Assembly (NCBI GenBank): GCA_040219065.1
Contig: JAVJTD010000267.1
Span: forward strand, 33 to 64,032
Origin: Planctomycetota bacterium
Lineage (GTDB): Bacteria > Planctomycetota > OFTM77
Direction of reading: 5' to 3'
Length of the DNA: 64,000 nucleotides
Below, piece after piece: positions 18,748 to 28,859 of this stretch. The notes below the pieces were generated by a model. The model had not been told where the DNA came from and made no database searches. It saw only the letters and a program-made list of their open reading frames with translations. Position numbers and translations under genes: made by a program. Numbering within the stretch: the first letter of the stretch is position 1; the number at the start of each line of letters is the position of its first letter.

Positions 18748-19968
18748 TCAGGGCTTGGTCCAGGCGGTTCGCGTTTGGACTTCGGCCAGGGAGAAGCGGT
18801 TGCTCATGAAGTCGTCAGGGTCCAGCCAGAGCAGGCGCTCGAAGACTCGTTCGGCTTCTTCCCAACGCTCCAGTCGCCAGAGGCAGGTTCCGCAGCCGTG
18901 GAGGCTGCGGAGGAAGGGTCGGTTCTGAGTGTACTCCCAAGGAAGCAGTCCATCGAAGTCCGCTCCCAGGGACAGCTCGGCGATGCGGATGCCGACCTCG
19001 TAGTGCGGCAATGCCCAGTCCGCCCGGAACCGGTAGTCGAGGTGACCGAGGTGCACATGGGCATCCAGACAACGAAGGTCCTCCTCGAGTAGGCCTTGAA
19101 GGATCTCTCCGGCCCCGGCGAGGTCTCCGGACTCTCGGAGCTCGGTGGACTCGGAGATGGGGTCGCCAAACGGATCCGTGAAGTTGCGGCCGGGCACGAC
19201 TTGCTCCATCTCGAACACCTGTCGAGACCCGCGGGCCATGATCGCCTCGGCCCAGCCTTCGAGCGCCTCGCCTCTTCCGAGCCACTCGCCCTCGGCGGGA
19301 TTCCACTCACCGACCGGCGACAATTCTAGCGGCGTCAGCCCGAGTGCGGCAGCGTCGATGCGGGCCGACGCGACCTCGCCCGACAAGTACAGACGCTCAT
19401 CTGACTCCATCTGGCTCTTGGGCCGGACGGTGAGAACATGCCCCGGTACGAAGCGGCTGAGCCCGTCCGCTCGCAGCGTGATGTCTCGATCATCGCCGAG
19501 CAAGCGGCAATGTGCTGCCTGGGAAGAGAACCGCACGAGGACGAGGTCGATCATTTGCGAGAGGTCGAGCTCGCGCCTGACTCTTCGAAGCTCGCCTTCG
19601 GGCCGGCTCAGTTGCGCCGCCCGCCCTTCGTCGAGAGGATCGAGCTCCAGCCAATGACGATAGGCATTGATGAGCTCATGACCGGGCTCGTCGGGTGTCA
19701 CGCGGATCGCCGCGAGGCTGAACTGATGCTCGTGTCCATCGTTGTCCACGCATCGAGCCGTGATCCCGCTCAGGAGATCGCCATCGGTGTCGATCGCGAC
19801 GAGCGAGACCGGGTGGTCCACGACCATCACGTCCATCGGTAGCTTCATCGCTTCCCGGATCGCCTCGAGCAAGGCCCAAACCTCCTCTTGCTCCTCGCTG
19901 GCGCCGGCGAGGAGCTCGTCGAGGACAGCGTTGAGACGATCGAGCGATGGTTGCTCTCGCGTGGGCAT
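18748..19968 (-). CDS. TPR-repeat protein with acidic N-terminal domain
   Basis: intact 406-aa ORF; C-terminal TPR-like helices (DLRCLDAHVHLG, CLWRLERWEEAERVFERLLWLDP). Confidence 0.8.
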   Translation of the reverse strand: MPTREQPSLDRLNAVLDELLAGASEEQEEVWALLEAIREAMKLPMDVMVVDHPVSLVAIDTDGDLLSGITARCVDNDGHEHQFSLAAIRVTPDEPGHELINAYRHWLELDPLDEGRAAQLSRPEGELRRVRRELDLSQMIDLVLVRFSSQAAHCRLLGDDRDITLRADGLSRFVPGHVLTVRPKSQMESDERLYLSGEVASARIDAAALGLTPLELSPVGEWNPAEGEWLGRGEALEGWAEAIMARGSRQVFEMEQVVPGRNFTDPFGDPISESTELRESGDLAGAGEILQGLLEEDLRCLDAHVHLGHLDYRFRADWALPHYEVGIRIAELSLGADFDGLLPWEYTQNRPFLRSLHGCGTCLWRLERWEEAERVFERLLWLDPDDFMSNRFSLAEVQTRTAWTKP

Positions 19969-20089
19969 GAGTAGCTCCGGTAGAGTGAGCTCGTGACCGA
20001 ACGGTCAGCCTTCAACACGGCAGCAGTCTACTGGCGCGGCCCGCCGCGGGACATGGAGTGATGAGGAACAGTCCGTTCGATCTCCAACT

Positions 20090-20320
20090 CGACCTCGAGC
20101 AGCCCCGACATCACGAGCCATTTGAGCAGCGTGTAGGCCACTTGCTCCTCGACCTCCCGGAAGAAGTCATCCTTGGACCGCTCCCTCTTCTTCTCTCCGC
20201 CCCCCGGACACCCGACCAGCCGCCCTTCAGTCGCCTCGGACGACTCCGCATCCTGCTCCCGCACCGACAACCGATATTGCGCATCGGCGGCGGCCCGAAG
20301 AGCGGTCAGCAACCTCCTGC
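20090..20320 (-). pseudogene. fragment resembling the N-terminus of BREX PglX methyltransferase
   Basis: RRLLTALRAAADAQYRLSV...FFREVEEQVAYTLLKWLV...LLE; a related copy (KDTFRETEKQAANTLL) lies at about 22860-22950. Confidence 0.45.
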
Positions 20321-20570
20321 ATTGGAGTGCCCAAGTCGAGCGAGCCGAAGACCGAGTTTTCTGTTGAGGGCATTCACGAGCGAGCTTGGGCCGGGCCACC
20401 ATTGCGACGACGGCGCACTCCGAGCGGCCCCTTGCTCAGCGCTTCCTGGCTCGATCATCGGCGATGTCGAGGAAGCACTTTCCCGCTCACCACCTCCCCC
20501 CGTTTCGGTCGCGCGGGCTCTGGTTGGATCTGCGCCCTTCAGCGTCCTCTGAGGTGCCCGAACCTCCCTC

Positions 20571-22608
20571 TCAACGATCGGGATCGATCCGCTGCCAGCG
20601 CTCGCTCGCGCCGTCATTGGGATCGAAGGTCGGCTCGTTGGTCAGGACGTATTCGCCCTGGCCATTGCTGTAGACGTAGCTGTACAGGCTTGGCAGCTTG
20701 ACCGAGGAGCCGTCGACGTCTTGGAAGTCGTCGACATCGCGAATGTAGTCGTTGAAGGATTCTTGCAGACGGTCGCTCGAGGCTTGCTGCTCCTTCACGC
20801 CGCTCTGGTAGATCTCCCAGGCTTCTTGCTGGCCTCTGCGATTGATCTCCCCGATCTTGGTGAGCGCGTCGAGCTGCTGCTGGTTGATCTTGTTTCGGAG
20901 GTGCATGAGCACCGCGGAATAGCGGGGGTTCGGCTGCAGCGAGAGGCTGATCGCCTCGAGGATGGGGCGAGCCGGATCGAGCTGTCCGGCCGGAGCGCGC
21001 ACGCCTCTTGGATCCGTCATGATCCAGTGCACCGTGTTCACCATCGGCATGTTCGGCATCTGCTGAGCGCTGCGCTGCACGCTCCCGAGGACCCAGACGT
21101 CCTCCTCGAACGCCCGTCCCGCCTCCTCGTAGGCAATCCGAACCCGCTCGGCGACGATCGACATCGTCGTCTGGGCGTTGGCCCCCATCTGCCGGAGCTG
21201 CGCGTCGTTCCGCTGAGCCTGCTCGAGGACCGGCTCCATCACGGTGCGCATCCGTTGCTCCACATCGGGGAGCGGCGTTCGGTCGATCACGCGCACCGAT
21301 CGCGCTTGCGGACGATGGGCCGGGAGGACGATCTGAGTGACGTAGTCACTGGCGCTCTCCGGCAGAGGCATGTGCACGATACCGTCTGTCGTGACCGTCC
21401 CCGGCTTCGGACGACCGCCGGTCGCGCCCATCCGTGCGCCGATCTCATAGACGTCGGAGTCCTCGTAGAAGCCACCGGGATAGACGGCCAGCTCTCGCCC
21501 GTCACCGGAGCGCACCCGAAGGCTCATGTGGACGAAGTCTCGAAACGCTCGTGGATTCCATTGCGGACCGCCCTCGACCTCCCAGCCTTTGGGCTTGAGC
21601 AGCGTGTGGGACTCCATGCCGTTGACGCCGGGATCGCGCAGCGTGACCTTCTCGAAGACCATCCTCGCCGGAAGGGCCACCGCGCTCTCTCGACGGGCGT
21701 TCTGGCTCCCATCCGAGCGATCGTCGCCCGCCCGCTCGCGATCCGGCGCGGCCGTGACCTTCTCGCGGCGGAGCTGCAGGGGTGTCCACCCCTCGACCGG
21801 GTTGCCGACGGTCCCTTTCATGCGGCCGTCCGAGGACATCTCGAGCCGCAGCGTCTGCGCACCAAGGGACTCGGACTGGCCTTGCGTCGTCGCCAAGACC
21901 TCTCGCGCACTCAGCTCGACCTTCGCGCCGCTCGCCGTGCGTCCCGTGAAGCGACCGGTCACCTCGATCGGGATCGTCTGGCCGGGGCCCACCGGGTAGT
22001 CGACCGTCGATCGGAGCTCAGCCGTGAGCTCGCCCTGAGGAGAGCTCACGATGTCGATGGTGACCGGGAAGGTGAGCGGAGTCCCGTCGTCGGCCTCGTC
22101 TTTGCCGGTTCCCTTCCAGGTCCCGGTGAAGGTGCCGCTGGGCTCGGCTTTCGGGGATCGGCCCTGGGCACTGGCGTCCGGAAACGGCCTCGAGGGCCGA
22201 TCGACCGACTCGATGGAGTAGGACGAGCTCCCGGTCACGAAGGTCCACTTCTCACCCTCGGACCGCGAGGCGGTGAATGCGAACTTCTTGTCTCCGGCCC
22301 GAAACTCTCCCGCAAAGGAGCTCTCGCCCGAGGTCGTGCCCGTGTAAGGGAAGACTTGGTCGCCCAACCGGATCTGGCCCTGGACGCGACCGGAAGTGCC
22401 CTCGAGCCTCTGGAGGCTCACGATCAAGCCGTCCCCCTCGAAGTAGCGGGTCGAGATCTTCTTGGGAGGATCGAGTGGGTTGTCCTGAGCAGACGTGCGA
22501 TCGACCGCGAAGCCGAAGGCGACGGCGAGCACCAGGAGGCTGACCCGAAGGAGTCCTCCGCAGGCGAGCGGATCGTCACTGCGACGACGTCCATGTCCTG
22601 TAGGCATG
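20571..22608 (-). CDS. large secreted hypothetical protein
   Basis: hydrophobic signal/anchor LLRVSLLVLAVAFGFA, beta-rich N-half, SHTLLKPKGWEVEGG, C-terminal FNDYIRDV...Y.YVYSNGQGEY; start uncertain. Confidence 0.75.
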
Positions 22609-22976
22609 TTCAAGTCTCCTGGCTCGGTGGGGGCCATGCATCGCGAGGACGCGGTCCTGACATGGGAAGCGGCCAACGACGACCGGCTTTCGAAGCGGCA
22701 ACGAGCAGGAGCGCTGCCTTCCAGGGAAAGGTGGCCGGCAGACTAAGCCAGCGGTCGAGGGCTGTCAAACGAGCGATCGGAGCGGAATTCGCCCTCCCCA
22801 TGCGAGCTCACGAAAGGCCGCGAGGCAAATCGCAGCCACTGGACTGGGCGGCTCAACCGCCTCGAGCAGCGTGTTGGCCGCCTGCTTCTCGGTCTCCCGG
22901 AAGGTGTCCTTCCGGGACCGCTCGCCTTTCGTCTCCCCGCCCCCACCTGAGCCCGCTGCACGTAGAAGACCTTGGC

Positions 22977-23126
22977 TCAGAGCGCCTGCTGGAGGGCTTG
23001 GTGAACAAGCGTTGTCTTGCCGATCCGTCGTCGACCGGTGATGCGTGCGAAGAACCACCGCCCTCGCTCGAGTATCTCCCGGAGCTGAGACAGCTCCAAC
23101 GAGCGCCCGTAGAACCCCCAGGCCAT
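22977..23126 (-). pseudogene. truncated P-loop ATPase N-terminus
   Basis: MAWGFYGRSLELSQLREILERGRWFFARITGRRRIGKTTLVHQALQQAL*: FxGR..EL plus Walker A GRRRIGKTT, then a stop. Confidence 0.75.
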
Positions 23127-23245
23127 GCCGGCCTCCGCTTATTTAAAACGTTTTAAGTTACGAGGTCGTCATGCCGAAATCGTTTGCCTGTTTCAAGTTC
23201 CAGGCACACGAGTGACGTCCGGGGTCGCGAACGGCGCCCGGATCT

Positions 23246-23328
23246 TCCACCGCAGAGATCGCGGAGAGCGCAGAGGAGACCACGACGGATTTCTTCCTCT
23301 GCGCTCCTCGGCGTCTTCCGCGGTTGGA
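23246..23328. repeat. inverted-repeat cluster G
   Basis: forward unit 23246-23276 (identical to 12005-12035), reverse unit 23296-23328. Confidence 0.9.
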
Positions 23329-24129
23329 CTCCCGGGAAGACCCGAGCACAGCCCGTTCACCGACTAATGGAGGAGCCAGAAGAAGCCATCGACTCGACGC
23401 CGGTCCCCGCAGGCTCACCATCTCCGGTGGGCGTGTTCGTGCAAACAGGAGATCGTTCGTGGGATTGAAGATCCACGTCGCGCCGCACGCCCGGACGGCC
23501 GCTCGTGACCTGATGAACGACGGTGCTGTCGGTATCGACGACATCGGCGAGAACCTCTACGACGTCATCCGCGACGAGATCCTCGAGGAGCTACCGAGTC
23601 GAGACGGCGATCGGGCCCGTATTCGTCATTCGGGAACGCTCCGTCTGGACGGCCGCGGCGGCAAAGAGTGCGATCCTGCCGCAGCCTTTACGATCTTGAC
23701 TTGGTCCACGGCTGTGGATCATGGCACGATTCTCTCACGCTTCGCTGTTCTCAGGCGCGATGGGCTGTGCCTTTCCGAGTATTCGTCGGTTCGGGCCGTT
23801 CAGGTCGGGCTGGCCTCCGCCGAACTGTTTGCGGTGGGCGCCGCTCTTCCGCTTCTGTGCGCCGTCTTGATTCCGCTCGCCGCGCTCATGGGGGTCGTCT
23901 CAGCCAGTTCGATCTAGTTTCTTGCGCTCTTGGGTTTGGTGTCCTCCAAGGCAGGCGGCGCTCCGATAGCTGCCGAAGCCTCTCCCGTCACCCTTTGGGG
24001 CACCCTGGAAACGGCGTCGACCGCTGCGGTGGGTGCGCGCCTCGGTGTGGCGAATTGATTTCATTGGCGACGAAATCTGGGCGCTCAACACGCCGTGTAT
24101 GACATGGAAGAGAAGGAGGTGTCCTCGCC

Positions 24130-25476
24130 GTGAGAGGACGGTTGTTCAAGTACTGGAATCGTATCCGTTCAGGCTTCTGGTTCATTCCGGCGACTATGGC
24201 CGGCGCGGCCGTTGCGTTGGCATTCCTGAGCGTGGCCGTGGACAAACCGCTGACGGAGTGGCTGGCGCTCAGCTTGGGTTTGAACTTCACTGGTGGAGCG
24301 GAAGGGGCAAGCGCCGTTCTGGGCATCATCGCCGGGTCGATGATCACGATCGCCGGTGTGGTCTTCTCAATGACGCTGGTCGCGCTCTCGTTGGCCTCGT
24401 CTCAACTGGGACCCCGTCTGCTGCGCACTTTCATGCGCGATTCCACGACACAGGTGGTCCTCGGCACGTTCATCGCCACTTTTTTGTACTGCTTGCTCGT
24501 CCTCCGCACGATCCGCCGCGCAGAGGAGGTCTCATTCGTTCCGCACCTGTCGGTCACCCTCGGCGTTCTACTCGCAGTCGCGAGCGTGGGAGTGTTGATC
24601 TACTTCATCCATCACGTGTCCGTCTCCATCCAGGCCAACGAGATCGCCGCGCGGATAGGCCAGCAATTGCTGGGAAGGCTCGAGACTCTCTTCCCCGACC
24701 AAATCGGAGCCGGGGCGCCAAAGGTCCAGACGGAGCCACACGACTCGAGCTTCCTGGAGGCCTTTGACCGGGACTCCTCGGCAGTCAGAGCGGACGGAGA
24801 TGGCTACCTCCAGTTCATCGACGGTGCGGCGTTGCTGGCGCTGGCAGTGGAGGAGGATATCGTGGTTCGACTGGAACGAAAGCCTGGAAACTTCGTCGTG
24901 GCCAATTGCCCTCTGGCGCTGATCTGGCCAAAGAGCCGAGCGACCGACAAGATCACGGATCAAGTCCGCTCCCTATTCGTCCTGGGTAACCAACGGACTT
25001 CCGACCAGGACATCGAGTTCGGAGTGAACCAATTGGTAGAGATTGCGGTCCGAGCCCTCTCCCCTGGGCTGAACGACCCGTTCACGGCGATGATGTGCGT
25101 GGACCATTTGGGATCCGTTCTGTGTCGTTTGGCAGCACGAGATACGCCGTCACCTCATCGCTATGACCACCAGAACCAGCTTCGGGTGATTGCACCCGCC
25201 AACACGTTCCCCGAGGTCATGGACGCAGCCTTCAATCAGGTGCGGCAATACTCTCGCACCAGCGTCGCGGTGACTCTTCGCTTGCTGGAGACGATCGCCG
25301 TGGTCGCGGGATTCGCTCGTCGGCCAGGAGACCTCGCCGCTCTCCGACAGCACGCTGAAATGATCGGGCGAGGGGCTATGGACGCGCTTTCTGAAAGGGA
25401 GGATCGCCGCGCGGTGGAAGAGCGCTGCCAGGCGGCCATCCAGTCGTGTAGCGAAGCGGCAGCTTCTTGCCGCTGA
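24130..25476 (+). CDS. DUF2254 family membrane protein
   Basis: FWFIP, AGSMITIAGVVFSMT..ASSQLGPRLL, EIAVRALSPGLNDPFTA. Confidence 0.92.
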   Translation: MRGRLFKYWNRIRSGFWFIPATMAGAAVALAFLSVAVDKPLTEWLALSLGLNFTGGAEGASAVLGIIAGSMITIAGVVFSMTLVALSLASSQLGPRLLRTFMRDSTTQVVLGTFIATFLYCLLVLRTIRRAEEVSFVPHLSVTLGVLLAVASVGVLIYFIHHVSVSIQANEIAARIGQQLLGRLETLFPDQIGAGAPKVQTEPHDSSFLEAFDRDSSAVRADGDGYLQFIDGAALLALAVEEDIVVRLERKPGNFVVANCPLALIWPKSRATDKITDQVRSLFVLGNQRTSDQDIEFGVNQLVEIAVRALSPGLNDPFTAMMCVDHLGSVLCRLAARDTPSPHRYDHQNQLRVIAPANTFPEVMDAAFNQVRQYSRTSVAVTLRLLETIAVVAGFARRPGDLAALRQHAEMIGRGAMDALSEREDRRAVEERCQAAIQSCSEAAASCR

Positions 25477-25876
25477 GGCCGTGGCGACGCGACGATCGAG
25501 ACGCTGAAGGCTTCGATCCCGTTCGACGGAAGCCTGGGGATGGGCGAAGCAGTCCCCGGCCCTGCGCACCTCCTCGCCGGTGCGCTCGCGGCGTGCCTAC
25601 TCAAGAACGTCGAGCGCTTCCACCACATGCTGCCCTTCGCCTACACTGCCGCGTCCGCGGAGGTGGAGCTCGAGCGACGGGACGCGCCACCCGCAATCGT
25701 GCGGGTCCGTTACCGGCTCCAAGTGCACAGCGACGAACCCTCATCACGCTGCGCCTTTCCACAAGAACGTGCGCCAGTTCGGCACGATCACGAACACGCT
25801 GGCGGCCGCTTGCGAGCTCGAGGGCTCGCTCCGAGCAGTGCGAAGCGATGGCAGCGTCGAGGAGATCTCCGCGTGA
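25477..25876 (+). pseudogene. OsmC-like protein, 5'-truncated and frameshifted
   Basis: PGPAHLLAGALAACLLKNVERF...SDEP | HKNVRQFGTITNTLAAAC in two frames; shift near 25755. Confidence 0.7.
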
Positions 25877-26094
25877 TCCACTCCCCATCTTGCCCCATCA
25901 AATCGTATTTCGGCGGTGACCGATGAACAAGGAGCACCGATGATCACTAGCCACGACCGCTCATCGATGGGCAGCACTGCGCGCGCCCTCAGCAGGCAGG
26001 CGGGGCGCCCCGTCCTGATGATCCCGAACCTTTGAACTCGCGCGTCGCGGCGTCTCCCACGAGCGCACGCGACTCGCCGACCGTGCAGGAAGTC

Positions 26095-27114
<1,020 letters not shown>

Positions 27115-27204
27115 GAGGCTCGCCACGTGCTGAATGGTACGGGGAGCATCGTCTCTATGAAGCGGGTCTTGCCGGCACATCGACGTGAACGATCATTCGC
27201 TGCC

Positions 27205-27765
27205 TCATGTCGCGCCTTCCTGTGGCTGGGAGCGTTGGCTCCCTGGGTCTTTCCCTTCCTGGGCCGGCGGTGACTTCGACTTGTTCCTTTGCACCGGGTG
27301 GGTCGGGTCGCCTCCGGGCCGGACGAAGTGGCGAGCGTAGGCTCTCTCGAGGTTCGGCTCTCTCGTCTTGGTGAAGCGGAGCTGCTGTTTGCAGCCCTTG
27401 CCCCAGCGGCGATAGATCGTCTGGGACGGCTTCAGCCCCAGGTCGTGGGCGTGCATGCTCAGTATCCGGAGGAAGCGCCCCAAGCGTCCGAGATTGCCGC
27501 GAAGGACCTTCTCGAGATACGGAGTCCTTCCCCGGCGCCAGTCCAGTAGCCTGTCCGCATCGAGGCGACCCGTCTCGACGAGCACGTCGACGGGCGCCAC
27601 GACATCACCGCGAGCCAGCAGTGTGTCGACGGCCTTCACGATCCCTGGATACAAGCGATGTCGACGGTAGGTCTGCGGCGTCACGCGGGAATCGACGCCG
27701 CGCTGGGGCTTCTTCTTTTTCTTCTTCGCCCTCGTCGCGGGCTGCCCTTCTCGGGCTGGCTCCAT
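27205..27765 (-). CDS. basic hypothetical protein downstream of SNF2/SWIM
   Basis: VAPVDVL...WRRGRTPYLEKV..NL...LKPS.T.Y.RWG....LRFTKT....E.AY.RHF; co-oriented with the SWIM gene. Confidence 0.75.
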   Translation of the reverse strand: MEPAREGQPATRAKKKKKKPQRGVDSRVTPQTYRRHRLYPGIVKAVDTLLARGDVVAPVDVLVETGRLDADRLLDWRRGRTPYLEKVLRGNLGRLGRFLRILSMHAHDLGLKPSQTIYRRWGKGCKQQLRFTKTREPNLERAYARHFVRPGGDPTHPVQRNKSKSPPAQEGKDPGSQRSQPQEGAT

Positions 27766-27875
27766 CGATCACCTCTTCAGAGTCGAGGAAGTGCTCACGA
27801 CACCTTGGGGTCTCTCGGAGTACCGGCCTTCTGCCGTTCTCCGTCTTGCCATGGTGCCGTCACCTGGGTGCCCAG

Positions 27876-28829
27876 TTACTTCGAGCGCTTCGAAGCTCTT
27901 GTCTTCTTCCTGGCGGACTTCTTCTTCGTGGCCCTGTTGGTCGTCGACTTCCTCTTCGCCGCCGACTTCCCAGGTCCCTTCTTCGTGGCAACGGCCGGGG
28001 CCTTCTTCATGGCAGTCTTCTTCTTGGCGGACTTCTTTTTCGCAGTCTTCTTCGCAGCCTTCTTCTTGGCAGCCCTCTTCTTCGCGGGCTTCGCCGCCGC
28101 CACTTCTTCCGTCCCCGTGCCGAAGTCGATGCCGAAGATGTCGGCGAGGTCGTCTTCGGCGAGGGTGTCTTCTCGGGGGGTGCCCGGCGTCATGGCTTGG
28201 TGCTCGACGACGGACTCGATCATCTCGGCGGGGTCGACGCCGCGGAGGACGAACAGCAGCTCGGGGTCATCGTCGAGGCGAGCGCCGATGCCGTAGAGTG
28301 CGGCGGCGACGTGCTTGCACATCACGGCCCAGTCCGGGCAGCTACATCCTAGCCGGATCTCGGCTGGCATCGGGAAGAGTCCCTCACCGGGCCGTGTCAC
28401 GATCTCCATCACGCCTTTCGACAATCGGCCCTGCAGCAGCTCGACGAGCGACTGGATCTTGCCGGCGCAGCCCGTCTTGAGGGAGCCCCATCGATCCTGC
28501 TCGAGCTCGGCGATCCGGATCGTCACGTCGTAGAACGTCGAGCCGTTGACGAGCGCCGTCACTTGGCCGGCTTCGATCTGGAGGTCGAGCACCGAGCCGT
28601 TGCGGACATAGGTCCGCCCGCGCGGTAGTCGGTTCGCATAGTCGCTGTACGACTCGAGGTTCCGGCACCACGCCTCACCCCAGAAGGTCTGCGCGATCTT
28701 GCGCCCTTGGATCTCGATCGGCGAGACCACGCGTCCCGCCTTTCGCATCTTCTCGATGCGCTGCCGGGCCTTCCGCCGCCGCTCGGCGACCGGTACGTAA
28801 GGACCAAAGCCGTAGTCATATCGAGCCAT
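27876..28829 (-). CDS. SWIM zinc-finger protein with Lys/Ala-rich tail
   Basis: NRLPRGRTYVRNG, CSCPDWAVMCKHVAA; KKAAKK repeats at the C-terminus. Confidence 0.93.
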   Translation of the reverse strand: MARYDYGFGPYVPVAERRRKARQRIEKMRKAGRVVSPIEIQGRKIAQTFWGEAWCRNLESYSDYANRLPRGRTYVRNGSVLDLQIEAGQVTALVNGSTFYDVTIRIAELEQDRWGSLKTGCAGKIQSLVELLQGRLSKGVMEIVTRPGEGLFPMPAEIRLGCSCPDWAVMCKHVAAALYGIGARLDDDPELLFVLRGVDPAEMIESVVEHQAMTPGTPREDTLAEDDLADIFGIDFGTGTEEVAAAKPAKKRAAKKKAAKKTAKKKSAKKKTAMKKAPAVATKKGPGKSAAKRKSTTNRATKKKSARKKTRASKRSK

Positions 28830-28859
28830 CAGTGGCTTTCCCCTCCAGCAGGGCCTTTC

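Noticed and set aside
20721-23156. 811-aa plus-strand ORF (and similar long ORFs such as 28707-30242, 42148-43914, 60772-62562)
   Set aside because: Antisense shadows of real genes, typical of high-GC DNA; no recognisable motifs
11342-23328. CRISPR or attC interpretation of the ACCGCAGAG repeats
   Set aside because: Units alternate in orientation, are irregularly spaced over kilobases and lack RYYYAAC/GTTRRRY boxes
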